From Eledone cirrhosa (lineage: Eukaryota): a stretch of 64,000 bases of DNA. Below the pieces are notes generated by a model. The model saw only the letters and a list, made by a program, of their open reading frames with translations, did no database searches and had not been told where the DNA came from. A program made the translations under genes and the position numbers. The number at the start of each line of letters is the position of its first letter. The first letter of the stretch is position 1. Of the stretch, positions 12,328-25,920 are shown piece by piece. The stretch covers positions 105,152,001 through 105,216,000 of the forward strand of contig OZ024742.1 of assembly GCA_964016885.1 (NCBI GenBank), written 5' to 3'.

Positions 12328-12678
12328 ATATATATATATATATTATATATATTTATTATATATTATATATATATATTATATATATTTATTATATATTATA
12401 TATATATATTATATATATTTATTATATATTATATATATATATATTATATATATTTATTATATATTATATATATATATTATATATATTTATTATATATTAT
12501 ATATATATATTATATATATTTATTATATATTATATATATATATTATATATATTTATTATATATTATATATATATATTATATATATTTATTATATATTATA
12601 TATATATATTATATATATTTATTATATATTATATATATATATTATATATATTTATTATATATTATATATATATATATT
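12328..12678. repeat. Pure A/T compound micro/minisatellite, ~33-bp period
   Basis: Repeating tattatatatatttattatatattatatatata; translates as an 11-aa repeat. Confidence 0.9.
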
Positions 12679-13282
12679 ATCATCATCATCATCATTTAAC
12701 GTCCATCTTCCATGCTAGCATGGGTTAGACGGTTTTGTTCCATTTGATGCGGGAATGGTCGGGAGACCATGTCTTGCTCGCACGGAAGCGTCTCTGGCAG
12801 GTTTTTTTACAGCTGGATGCCCTTCCTAACACCAACCACATTTACAGTGTGGACTGGGAGCCTTTTTACCATGTCTCCTACATAACCACCTTAAGTGTGG
12901 ACTGTTGTGTCATCGACACATTGGACGAAACGGGAGAGGGAGGATGGGGTAGGGTGTATGGGGTGGGGTGTACATTGAGTTAAGAGGTGCCTACTGACTG
13001 TAGGTTTGTATGCAATGGCAGTCGGGTCTTCTGTACAACTGCATGGTGCCAAAGATCCAGTGTCCTTGTCTTAGAGAGATGTAAGTGAGCAAGGTCAGTT
13101 TTTATCACCTCATCCCAGGTTTTTCTTGGTCTACCCACTCCGTAGCTTCCATCAATTTTCATTGCCCTGCACTTTTTTATACAGCTGTTGTCCTTCATAT
13201 GCATTACATGTCCATACCAATGCAATCTCCTCTCCAGAACACAATATTTGACACTTCTTATGCTTAGTCTCTCTCAATTCGT
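12677..13282 (-). mobile_element. RTE LINE 3' fragment (same family as 57691-59943)
   Basis: WYGHVMHMKDNSCIKKCRAMKIDGSYGVGRPRKTWDEVI, shared 3' UTR and (GAT)n tail. Confidence 0.9.
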
Positions 13283-13789
13283 TTATGCTTCCCCGTATAT
13301 GTATATGTATGTGTATATACATTTGTATATGTATATATGCACATATATGTGTGTATATATGCATATATGTGTGTATATATACACACACACACATATATAT
13401 GCATATATACACACATATATATATGCATATATACATACATATACACATATATATATACATACACACACACACACTTCATTTTTATATTTCTTTTGAGAGA
13501 TTGCTTATCTGAAAACGTGTTTTGAGACAGATATTGTTATGTTTTGGGAGGGTCATGCTGCCAATAAAAACCTATGCATTTGTTGGTTTTCACTTCAATT
13601 TATTATAATTTTCCAGTTGGTTAGTTTAATAACCGGATGGGTGTTTATTTATTGTCAAAGCTCTTTTGTCACACATTCTGTGACCTTCTCAGTGACAAAT
13701 TTATTATTTTGCATCACTTCCTTGATCTGTCATACACCATCTTGTTTCTGAATTTGATTATATATATATATAAGAATAAAATTAATTGC

Positions 13790-14760
13790 GACAACCTCAG
13801 TATGTGACAGGTACTTTATTTTATCAGCCCCCAGAAGGATGAAAAGTAAAGTGACCTCGACAAAATTTAAACTCAGAATATGGAAGGCTGTAACTGAATT
13901 TCACAAAGTATTTTTTCCAACGTTCTTACAATTCTGCCAATCCACTGCCATAATAATAATTGTTTCTACTTTTGGCACAAGGCCAGCAATTATCCCAGTG
14001 TATTACTGGTACTTTATTTTATTGACCCCGTAAGGATAAAAGGCAAAGTTTACCTCGGCAGGATTTGACCTCAGATCATAAAGGACTGTAACTCTTTGCT
14101 GCAAAGCATGGTGTCCGACCCTCTACCGATACTGCCAATCCAATAATGGCTTCTGATTTAGGCACAAGGCCAACAATTTTGGGGGAGGAAAAAATCATTT
14201 ATATAAATCCAAGTTCTTTGTTGGTACTTAATTTTATCAATCTCAGAAGGATGAAAGACAAAGTTGATCTCAACGGGATTTGAATTCAGGAAATAAAGAG
14301 CTGGAAGAAATACAGCTTAGCATTTGTCCAACACTAAGAATTCTGCCAATCCACTGCCCTAAATAATTGTTTCTACCATAGGCACAAATTTGTGGGAAGG
14401 GGAAAGCTGATTATATCAACCTCAGTATTTAATTGGTATTTTATTGTCCCTAGAAGGATGAAAGGCACAGTTAACCTCTGTTAGATTTGAAACCAGAATG
14501 TAGAGCTCCCTAATGAAATACTGCAATGAATTTCATCCAACACACTACCGTCTAAACCCATGCTAGCGTGGAAGATAGACGATAAAACGACGATGATGAC
14601 GATGATGACACTAACAACTCTGCTAATCCACTGCCGTTTTAATAATAACAGTTTCTTATTTAAGCATTAGATCAGCAATTTAGGTGGAGAGGAATTTCAA
14701 CTAAAGTAACCCAGTCTTTGACTGGTACTTTATTTTATCAACCCTTGAAGGATAAAAATT
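13790..14760 (-). mobile_element. Head-to-tail cluster of ~5 tRNA-derived SINE copies
   Basis: Repeated core ggtactt..ttttat..aggatgaaa.gcaaagtt, with copies separated by taataa. Confidence 0.85.
14548..14607 (+). mobile_element. 60-bp extremely 5'-truncated RTE-tail insertion inside a SINE
   Basis: ccgtctaaacccatgctagcgtggaagatagacg..gatgatg flanked by direct repeat acacta (14542-14547, 14608-14613). Confidence 0.75.
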
Positions 14761-14769
14761 TTGAAGAAA

Positions 14770-15557
14770 ACAGAATTCAGAGACCCGCAGACATGGAACT
14801 AGTTAAAGAAAGGGGACCTTAAGAAAGCCACAGAGGGAAGCCCTTAGAACAAAGTGGATGAAACACCATATTGACAAGGAGGAGGCTAACCCGCTCTGTA
14901 GAATCTGGAGAGAGAGAGAGGAAAATGTGGCTCACATTGTATTTGAGTGCAAACCCCTAGCCCAGACTCACTATAAAGAATGGAGGCATGATATCATTGG
15001 AAAAGTGATTCACTGGCATTAATTCATACTGAACAAATTACCTAATTCTGAAAAATGGTACGAATATAAGCCAGAGCTGGTGATAGAAAACGATTGGGAG
15101 AATGTGTTGTGGGATTTCAGGATACAAACAGACAAATAATTAGAACACAATAGGCCTGATCTGATGGTTTTTGACAAGGAAAAAAGATCTTGCTCGGTTA
15201 TAGATGTAGCTTGCCCCTTTGACACAAGAATACAAGAAAAGGAGAAGAAAATTAATTGTAACCAGGATCTAAGGTGGGAACTGACAAGGATTTGAGAATG
15301 TCATGAGATGAAGGTCATCCCCATCATCATAGGAGCACTAAGTACTATCTTGAAGAGCTTCCAAGGCTGGTTAAAGAACATTAGCACAGCCTCCATTTTG
15401 GGAACACTCCAGAAGGCATACCTACTACTGGGAACAGCAAGGACTTTCCGATACGTCCTGAATATCTGAGGCTGCTGGTAGTGGCTTGATGTTCATTAGG
15501 GCAAATTTTCCAGTTAAAAAACATCAATGACTGATATATCAAAGTAATAATAATAAC
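14770..15557 (+). mobile_element. R4/Dong-clade non-LTR retrotransposon 3' fragment (CCHC knuckle + REL endonuclease)
   Basis: LKKGDLKKATEG, PLCRI..EENVAHIVFEC..LAQTHYKEWRHD, VLWDFRIQTD..HNRPDL..IDVACPFD, VIPIIIGAL, LQKA.LLGTA; ends in (TAA)n. Confidence 0.9.
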
Positions 15558-18500
15558 AATCACAAGACTACACATTATTTAGAGAGGACAATTGATTAAA
15601 TGGTGTGGAGGGATCAAGGCTGCCATGCATTATTTGTGGGAGGGGTAGAGTCACACTGATACTGTCTCCAATCTGTAACTAAGGCAACTCCACACATTAT
15701 CATAACAAAATAAATAAATAAATAAAATTGCTTTGAGTGAAATCTGATCAGTTTGATAGTGGGTTTGAGGATGAAGGCAAAGGCAGGCTTTACAACAACT
15801 TGTGTCACATCTGCTACAGCTACCATCACCATTGTCTACTATGAAAAGCTTGCCATCTTCAATTAAACTATTTTGCTCAGGTAACAATTAAGGTATTGAG
15901 TAACAACTGTTGAACTGATCATAGCTGAGAATGTTTGCATGTCACCCACAAATTGACAATTGCTTAGGATAAGATTAATGTTAATTGATACCAGATAGAA
16001 TAAGCAGTGAATTGAGATATTTGCTTCAGCTCTCTGCACTTTAAGCTCAAATCCTGCCATGATCAACCAAACCATTTATCATTTTGAGAATCAATAAAAT
16101 AAGGTGCCAGTCTGGAGCAGTGTATTTGCTGAATTGTTAAAACCTCAGACAAGATACCTAGCAGTATTTGTTCCAGTTCGTTATGTTGTGTTGTAAATCT
16201 GCTGTGTTGACTACTTGAATGACAGAATTTGTCACCTGAACTTTGGGCATTTTTTTAATGCTTGCATTCAAACCAAGTCTCTAATTCAAGGATGCCTTCC
16301 TTGATACCTTCTTCCCACCTGACATGGAGGCCCTGAAAAGGGTCATGGGCACTGTCATCTCCACCCCAACTATACAGTGAAAAAAAAACACACAGTCCAT
16401 TAGATCAATACTGTTCACATAACTGGAACAGAGCTGTGTTGTTACACACACAATACACTGGGAGCCTACAACATAAGCAAGACATCATGCTGCACTTCCA
16501 TGCAATTCATTACTGCCATTTGGAGAGTCTAGTATGGTAGTTCTCATCAAAACAGAAGCATAGTTGGCATATCTGGGAACAACAGATCTGTGGATCATAC
16601 CAAGTCATCTGCAGGTCATGCCCAGTCATTTAACTAACTACCTGGGTATCTTTAGATACACAACAATAATAATAACATCATCATCACCATCTTAAAACAT
16701 ATCTAAAAGATGTCATTTTACTAATTACTATTAAAGACATGTTCCAGTTCCTCCAAGGGACAATGAGTTCTATGTATTTTAGTTCTATGTAATTTAGAAG
16801 GCACCAAAACAATATAAATATAAATATAAATACATATGTTAAGGAAGTTTCTATATGTGTGTATGTATGAGTATGTATGTATCATAAATACACAGACCAC
16901 CAACATTGCTACCACAATGTTGTGCCTAGACAATATGAGAATGTTCTCCAATGTACAGAACCCCAGGTGAATACTCCCTCATGGCCTCAGCAAATAGAAT
17001 AAAGAAAGCATTACCCCAGAGGATAGCAAGGGTGATGAATTGAAATAGCTGTTCCAGCTTGCAGGGTTCATTCCTGCAAGTGGAATCCTGATAACAGCAA
17101 GTAGAGAGATTGGTTTAGGGACCAAGAATGCCTGAAGTCCCCACAAAGACTCATTCATAAACAGAGTTCCACCACTAACTCACAGATATGCTGTTTCTTC
17201 TTCTCTCTTTCCTATGTTTCTACCACAACAGGTTCCATTCCTCTTAACTAGCTACTAGCAGAGTTTTATCTGGAAACCAGATATATGCAGATGAGTTAGG
17301 AGACTAATCATCACACTGAAGGATGTTCTTGAAGATGAAACCTGATTGTAAGTAAAGGAACTTCACTTCAATCAACAATACTGGACAGGATGAGCTGGAG
17401 GGGGAACTTTGTCATGGCACCAGTAATAGGTGTCTAGAAAAAGGATAATTATATATATATATATATATATATAAAAAACATGAGAAGAAAGAAGAATACT
17501 GCGTGGTTGCACATGGGTTACATATGATAAAAATAGTCCTTCGTCAGTGATTTTCCAACCATCATTGGTATTTCATCCCATTAAAAATCATATACCTCAG
17601 GTTGGTGCGAGCAATAACTAAAAAAAGTTATTGGGACCAGTAAATCGCGTAAAGCGAGGGGGACAAGTAAAGATGATGATATATAGCATGCCAATCCTAA
17701 ACTTCAAAAATTAAATACATTTAACTATTACCGTCATTATTGATGGCACTCATCCACTCAAAAAAATAAACATTTCAGTTTCTATTACTATTTAGATGTG
17801 AGGTAAATCACCCTCACAATTAAAAAGTTGCTAGGTTATCACTGTAAATTTTCCCAAATGGGAATAACAAAGGTACATAAAATAAAGTGTCCTGTCCTGT
17901 CCCGAGACTAATAAACCTTTGCAATTGATGAGCTCTTAGAAAAGTGAAAGAAGCAGATGACATTGCCCTTCCTCCTACTTTTCAATACTGCACCCTCACA
18001 TTTAGAAATCAAAACAAGAACAAAGAACAATAATAATTTTTTTTTAAATAAGCAAAAAAGTTAACCAAAGATGCTGATAAAAAATATCCCTAAGGAATTA
18101 AAGTATCCACCTAGAATATTATAAAGCCTCCTGAAACACTTAAGCCTGGTGTCAGGCCTAGTAGTAAATCTGAACTCATATTTCATGCTACCATTTGACT
18201 GCTTTACTTCTGCATTTCAAATATTTAAAAAATCTATATACAAATAGCTGTTTTTTCCTCAAATCAATTATTACTCTAATTGATACTTAAGTCAGGTTTA
18301 TAAACAACATTTTACACATTTACAGAAAAGGCCCAATGATTGTGAGTTTAAGATGATGGACTATACACAAGGTCCTAAGTTCATATCTTACTGAAGTTGT
18401 TTTATGTCCATGAGTAAGATACAAAACTACTTGCTCTAGTTTGCCTGATATATAAAAAGCACCAGTCCATCTTGTAAGGTGGTTATGCTAGTGGCATGAC

Positions 18501-19689
18501 AAAAAGCACCCAGTCCACCCTGTAATGTGGTTGTACTAGTTGCATGACAAAAATCACCCAGTTCACTCTGTACAGTGGTCATACTGGTGCTACGAAAAAA
18601 AGCTCCAAGTTCACACTGTGAAGGGGTTGAAGGTAGGAAGGGCAGCCACCCATGATTTTATTGTGGTGCCAACACTAGAGAGATTGTTATGTCCTCAACA
18701 AAACTAAATAATCCTCTCTACACTGTTTCATGTAGAAATATCACTTCTGAAGACAACCAGAAAATACACCAATAGAAATGTTGATAACAGAAACCCAAAT
18801 GATAACTAATTATATAAGAAATACAAACTGCTGTAATAAGCTAGATTTGTGCTTCTACTGCTACACACACACAAATTACCCTCAACCACAACTAAAATAA
18901 ATAAATTCAACAATGCACTTCAACCACTAGCCTATAGACATGCTGTTTCTTCTCTATTTCTTCTTTTTCTACTACAATTCATACTCTTTATATTCAGGCC
19001 TTATCTTCACAGCAATTAGTCTCACTCTTATCGCTATTGTATAGTACAGCTCCCAAGATCCAGCACTTGCACAAACACTTTGCTCCATCATTTCTTCACA
19101 GAACTACAATCCTCTAAAATTCTTTAGCCAGCCACATTTTTTCTTGCATATTTCAACTATACACATGGTCAGCAATACACACAGTCCAAGTGGACTGATA
19201 GTGAGCAATAACAAAGTTTTCTTGGCCCAAAGTTCGTTTCATATCTTAGTGTGTTGCATAAAGCTAAATAAAATTAAATTGATATTTGGTGAGCTATGAA
19301 ATTTTCCTTGTGAATTTTGTGAACTGTCATATGCAAAAGATTGTACATCCCTGCTACAGATGTTCAAGTTGGACATCAACTGCATTGATTTCACCAGCCA
19401 GGTGAGGGTACTGGAAAGTTCATGAGCACAGCCATTCCATTTCTATTCTGACTAATAAATAAAAGAAACCATCTCTAAAGTATAGATATGCTGTTTTGTC
19501 TCTTGTGGTTTGTTATAGTGTTGGATATTTTTCCATCTCTTCGATATGATCTAATATAATTATTGCTTCAATTAACATTTAAATTGAAATTATAGAAATA
19601 GTACAATTAGATTAATTTGAATTTAAGTGCAGGATTAATCTAAGAATGAATGAAAATATATTATTTAGCCCCAGGTCAACCCTGAAAGA

Positions 19690-20005
19690 TAGGCAATGAA
19701 TTGGCAGAATCATTAGAACGTCGGATAGAATGCTTTATGGTATTCGTTCCGGCTCTCTGCTCTCTGAGTTCAAATCCCGCCGAGATCAACTTTCCCTTTC
19801 ATCCTTTCGTGGTTAATAAAAAAAGTACCAGTTTAGTACTGGGGTCAATTCTTCCTCTAGATCTCTTTCTCATTTCCTCTCTCTCACTTTCTGTTGTACT
19901 CAGGCCTGGAGAGGGATGGGCTCTGCCAGGCTTAAAATACCCATGAAACGTTGTATGTCAAATTAGCACCCCTACGACAATCAGGCATTACGGGACCATA
20001 TATAC
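19690..20005 (+). mobile_element. tRNA-derived SINE variant with alternative 3' tail
   Basis: Same head/core as the main SINE, then a CT-rich linker and ggagagggatgggctc..gaaacgttgtatgtc..ctacgac..tcagg tail. Relatives at 21757-22090(-), 26190-26480(-), 43455-43765(+), 46360-46640(-). Confidence 0.75.
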
Positions 20006-20117
20006 ATACAACCCTGAAAGAGCAGCATATAATCAGAGGCATACCAGCAATGATCAATTACCTTTCATTACTGGCATGCCTCTGATTATATGCCTGCTCT
20101 TTCAGGGCTGTATGTAT
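20002..20117. repeat. Near-perfect hairpin, ~51-bp arms, ~12-nt loop
   Basis: tacatacaaccctgaaagagcagcatataatcagaggcataccagcaatga / tcattactggcatgcctctgattatatgcctgctctttcagggctgtatgta. Confidence 0.9.
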
Positions 20118-22752
20118 GGTCACATAACACCACAACTGCATCCACACTTTCTTTCAACATATTTAGAGAATAAAATTAGTGAAACATTTTGAAACATAAA
20201 TAGCATTTAATTACTTAGTATTTTGGAACACACACACGCTTTTATTTGACAACATTCAGCTGTTAATAAGTTTTTATTTGAATAGGCTTGGCTGTATTGT
20301 TAAGACGTCACACTGTGTGGCACCTTGGGCAAATGACCACTGTACCTTTGGGTTAACCAATGATTTGTGAATGAAATTTGGTTGATAAAAACTGTATAGA
20401 AACCCAGTGTGTGTGTGTGTGCATGTACATTATTCAATGCTCAGTTTTCAATACTGGTTGGACAGGTCACACAGCCCAAGTCGATACTTAATTGAAGTTT
20501 TTGTCCTCTTAATGATGGGCTGGAGCCCACATCTTTCATATTTACATTCCATTTCTGGTTTCTATGGCTGGAGGCTCTTGCTATCACCAACCACTTTACA
20601 GACTGTACACAGTCCATTTTATCAGCACCAGCATTAGGGAGGTTGTCATGCTAAAGGTTTAAACACACCTAAAGAGACCTCACAACCATTTGTTAGACAT
20701 GTTTTCTATGGCTTGATGCCCTAACTGCTCCCAACCATTAAAGCCTGTTTGTATATTGTAAGAGCAATTTGTTTCTATTACTAAATACCCTTGCTAACTC
20801 TATCCACTGAGCTAATGCAGACAGCCATGCAGCCTGAGGTTACGTAATCTGTCTAATCTGAAGATAAGGGAAAAATACAAAACAGTTAAATTGCAATATT
20901 TCCATACACTATATCTTTCCCATTATAACACCAATAACCAATTTGTATTGTTTGTTGTTGTTTTTTTGTTGGTTTATTTTTTTGTTAATTCTTTTGTGAG
21001 GGTGTAGGTTTACTCTGATTCTATCTTAAAGACACATGTTGCTGGATTTTCTATAAAAGTAGGTTCCTACAATGACCAAAATATTTGTCATTTTATTCCA
21101 TAAAGTCAAAATTGCTCTTCAAATATTGTCCTGTACAATTTCAAGCATATTCCATTAATATTGATATTTAACAAGTGTTGCTGACACTTAATGCCTGAAT
21201 GGACATGAACATGGATATGGCTTCCTCAATCGTTTGTTTTAGTGGTGAGAGGAAAAAGAAGGAATAAAATGCATGCATTTTACTGACAAAGGCCAGAAAA
21301 TAAAGTAGATCAGATAAAAAAAAAAGAAAATCAAGAAGAAAATAAAACAAAAAATATTTGTAAAGGAGAAGTTCTTAAATATAATGGTATTTGAAAAACA
21401 ATTGATAGCCATACCAGAATTACTGCAAATGTGGTTTTATGAGAAGATATTTTAAATTAAGTATAGCAGTCTTATGCAGGCAACTATTTAGTTTTACAGT
21501 CAATCATAGACAAATAGTTTGCCAGATATTTTTGACAGATTAAATCAATGGTTCTCAACCTTTTTTTTTTTACCTATGGTAAACAATTTTTAATTCCTAT
21601 TTACTCTGATAGGGGACCCCATAGTCATTCAATGTTTTTTAAAATCCTTTTGTGTTTTTATAATTAAAAATGATTAAGAATTGTATAAAAAAAATTTTTT
21701 ATATTTTGAAAATGTTAAAGTATTGTAAAAATATAACCAATTTATTGCCCATAAACTATGTATGTATGATTCTGTAACTCTTCAGTGAGTCGAAGGAGTG
21801 CTGTATTGACATACAGCATTTCTTTGCTATTTTTAAACCTGGCAGAACCCATCTCTTCTCCAGGTTTAAATACAGTGGATTTCTTCCAGAGAAGGATAGA
21901 GAGAGTGGAAGAATGAAAGTGAGAAATATATATAGAAGAGTCAACCCCAGTATTAGACTGGTACTTTTTTTATCGACCTCGAATGAATGAAAAGCAAAGT
22001 TGACCTCAGCAGGATTTGAACTCAAAGAGTAGAGAGCCAAAACAAATATCACAAAGCATTCTATCCCATGTTCTAACGACTCTGCCTACGCCTCTACATA
22101 AACTTTAGCAACCACCAGAAATTCTATGGAAAATGAATGTTCACGAATTGAATGTCATACATGTACAAATTATGAAAAATAAAAAAATTAAAGGAAGAAA
22201 AGTGCCTTCAGAAATAAAACATTCCAGCAATAACAGTAATCAGTTTCTATCTCTCTCTCTCACACACACACACACAACTATATACATATATATATTATTT
22301 TGGGCCTGTACCAAAATTCTGTCTCCAGTTTAGTTTCCCTAGGGACTCTGGCTGTAAAACTAACCACTATTTTACTACCACAACCAACACCACCACTAAT
22401 GTGTGTGCATGTGTATGTGTTTTGTACTTTGTATAGTTTTGGCAAGGTTTTACAGGCTGGATAAATATCATCAACCACTTTACTACATGGACTGGGTGCA
22501 TTATTCATGCCACCAGCACTAGTGAGGTAGTCTTACCCAACTGAAGGGTCTTCTCTATCCTGTATCAGTTTTTATTCAGACTGACTGCTCTCCTAGACTA
22601 ACTGCCTACATTTCAGTTTACAGCGCCTATGTCTGCCCCATGCAGTCACTGCCCTCCTAGATGTTCTGCCTTCATGATTTACAGAGCCTACATCGGCCCT
22701 ATGCTCATTTATTTGAGTTTTGAATCACTGGGAGTACAACAAAATACGTATA

Positions 22753-22896
22753 CAAGGTTTGTCCCAAAAGTAAGAGTACTGATTTTCCTATGTTCAACAT
22801 GGTAACGCAGTACCTCGATATATACAGGCATGTTGGTTATGACCTTGGCTGCATGTACATACTTCAGAGGTCATGTTGTCTAAAGCAAACTAAAGA

Positions 22897-22928
<32 letters not shown>

Positions 22929-22950
22929 GTGTGCATGTGTGTGTATGTGT

Positions 22951-23000
<50 letters not shown>

Positions 23001-24623
23001 TTTGTCCCAAAAGTAAAGGTACTGATTTTCCTATATATGACATGGTAATACAGCAACTTGTTGATGTATATAGGCCTGTTGGTTGCATGTACATACTTGT
23101 TTCAATATGATTGAGCCAATCATGAGATATTACTGTTTATATACAGACGTGCTTATAACCTCTCTTACATTTATAATGCAGGAAAATATCGACAATACGC
23201 AATCAAATTTTGTGTGAAACTCAACAAATCTGCCACCAAAACATTTAATTCTTTTAAAGATGACTGAGAAAATATTAAAGACAAACCTCATTCTGGAAGG
23301 TCAATCTTGTCAACAAATGAACAAAACCCATAGCTCTTTTCAACCTACAACATGTGCAAAACATCAAACATTGCTGATATTCTTTCTTTGGTGCGGTAAA
23401 TAAATATATACATATACACCAGGTCTGAACACAAAGGAACCAAACTCCCACTGTCACTGCCTCCATCTCTCACTATTATGAGCAAATGGGGACCCACATG
23501 AAGTGGTGAATTTTAACAGACCATTTACACATGCAAAAATTCATGCAAAACCTAGTGCCCAAACACTTGTCTGTGGAGCAAAAATCGAACCAGTTGGAAA
23601 TTTGTCAGGATTTGCTAGAAAGGCTCAAAATTGAGTCAAATTTCTTGGATAAAGTAATAACAAGAAAGGAATCATAGATGTTTGAGTATGGTCCAGAGAC
23701 TAAACCCCAAAGTGAGGAATGGCACGCACAAAATTCTCCTTGTCTAAAGAAACCGCACATGAGCAGATCCAGGGTGAGAATGATGATTGTCATTTTTTTC
23801 GACAGCCGTGGTATTGTTCTCAAAGAATTTTTACCTCCAGTACAGACAGTTAATCGCGCCTTCTACAAGGTGCAGAAAATTGCAGAAAATTGGGTACTGC
23901 ACTATAATAACACACCTGCTCACACAGCACTTTCAATTAGAGAACTTCTGGCAAAGAAAAACATTCCCATTCTTCTACATGTTGCTCCATGTGATTTCTA
24001 CCTCTTCCTTAATTAGAAAGGTCATCATTTTGGTACTGTGGAGTACATACAAAAAATTGTAACCGATGAGTTAAGGACACTCACAGAAAATTACTTCTGG
24101 TACTGCTATGATCAATGGAAAAAAATGTTGGGACCATTGTGTAACTATCCAAGGGTAGTATTTTGAAGGAGATAACTTGTAATCTTATGTACATCTAATA
24201 TACAAAGGCAATCCCAAAAGTAAGGTCTCCTTCCGATATTGCAACTTCTGATATTGTAACTTTTCCATTAAAATCCTGTGGATGGTGCTTCGGGAAACCT
24301 CAGGAACCAAAATGCAGAGAGCATCCAGAGTGATCCGCCGATCTTTTGGGATTTCCCTCTATATAATAACTGCGCGAAATTCGCACTTGGCGGTACCGTT
24401 CAACAGGAGCTCCATTCTCAACGGCTGCCAAGCCAAGATTGAGCATCCCAGCAAAGCGTGCGCATGTTTGTTTGGGAGTGAAGGAAGCACCAATCACAAC
24501 AGTGTTGCCAACAGTCATACGAACAGTTTCTCTGCGTCCCCATAGCTTTGAAGACCTTACTTTTGGGATTACCCTTGTATATTTAAATAAAACATCAGTA
24601 CTCTTACTTTTAGGGCAAACTTC
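22753..24623 (+). mobile_element. Degenerate mariner transposon with duplicated 5' end and nested insertions
   Basis: TIR caaggtttgtcccaaaagtaagagtactgat (repeated near 22998) and inverse atcagtactcttacttttagggcaaactt. Peptides FEYGPETKPQSEEW, MMIVIFFDSRGIV, LHYNNTPAH, APCDFYLF. Confidence 0.85.
24203..24577. mobile_element. Mariner-type MITE nested near the 3' TIR of the mariner
   Basis: TIRs CAAAGGCAATCCCAAAAGTAAGGTCTCC / CAAGGGTAATCCCAAAAGTAAGGTCTTC, TA on both sides. Confidence 0.85.
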
Positions 24624-24624
24624 A

Positions 24625-25272
24625 CCTCCTTCTCCTTCTCCTACTTATTCCTGAGAGGGTCGTGGGAGCAGAGTCCTTAAACACTTCTTCCAGTGGGTCT
24701 TGTCAGAAGCAACTATCTCCAACTGGATCCCCAAGCGAGACCAGCCAATCTCATGGATGTTATCTAACCATCATTCTCGGGGTCTACCAATGAGTCTCCT
24801 GCTAGTTGGTTTTGCCGTAAAATCTGTCCAGTGATTATTTTCTGTGACATTCTAGCCACATGCCCATAATATCAGAGCTGTAATCCCCCAATTAAGAGAT
24901 GTAGCGGCTCTACCTGGAGTGACTCTCTGATCTCCGATCTATGCACTCTATTGAGTAATGTTACGCCAAAGACGCTTCAAAGGAACTCCATTTCAGCCGC
25001 TTCTATTCGTGATTGTATTCTTTCAGTCATTGCCCCAGATTCATGACCATAGGTAAGGGTTGGCACAAATTGATTTGAAGATAGTGAGTTTAGCTTTTAC
25101 ACGTGCCTCCCTTTAAATACCAAATGCTGAAGCTGGTGCATTACTGCACCAGCTCCTGCAATTCTTTCACTTAATTCAGCCTCCTGCCTTCCATCATTCA
25201 TGAGCATGGCCCCGAGATACTTTCTTGAGAGGACAAGTGTCCTAGTTTTCACAGCACTGATTTTTATTCCAG
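24625..25272 (-). mobile_element. RTE (Expander/Rex3-like) LINE 3' part
   Basis: Homologous to 48857-49790 (YLG, PTLTYGHESGAMTERIQSRIEAAEM); purine-rich (GAA/GGA) tail. Confidence 0.85.
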
Positions 25273-25274
25273 CT

Positions 25275-25920
25275 TAGGCTGAAAAATAGGTCTCTGTGGA
25301 TCGTGCAAGTTTATGCACCAAATAAGGAGTCAAATATAGACCCTTCCTTGATGATGTCACTGTAGCATTAGATGTAGTTAACATTGAATCATATATCCTG
25401 ATGGGAGAATTCAATGCACATGTTGGCACTGACTGCCTGACATGGAAAGGAGGGATTGGAAGAAATGGTGACCCCAATCTAAATATGAATGGGGAGGCCT
25501 TATTAGACTTCTGTTCTAGCAATGGACTCTCTACTATAAACACCTTCTTCCAGCACAGAGACATCCATAAATATACATGGTATAAGGGGAATCATAATTG
25601 ATTTTGTTATTGTCTCTGATCTCTTTGATTCTGTGCTGGATGTTCGTATTAAGAAAGGGGCTGAGCTGTCAACTGATCACCATCTAGTTATCTGTAACTT
25701 GAGACTACCTAAAGCCAAAGAAACCCACAAAATTGGCAAGTCCAGGGCAACCTACAAGATAAAGCTGGAAGCATCAGTGGATAAGGAAGTCAGGACCAGG
25801 TATGCAGATACTATTGCATCCAAATTCAGAAAACTCTCTGAGCAAACTGCGGACATTGAGAGAGAATGGAAATTGTTCAGCTCAGCAGTTTCTGCTTTAG
25901 CTGTTAAATGCTGTGAGCGA
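25275..25920 (+). mobile_element. RTE LINE AP-endonuclease fragment, head-to-head with the 3' part
   Basis: LMGEFNAHVG..NGEALLDFC..INTFFQHRDIHKYTW, IDFV, DVRIKKGAELSTDHHLV. Confidence 0.9.

Noticed and set aside
12246-13525. Many overlapping I/Y/C/V/H-rich ORFs (also 2182, 4582-5063, 7004-7704, 43448-43805, 51739-51963)
   Set aside because: Translations of (TA)n, (CA)n and (CT)n microsatellites, not proteins.
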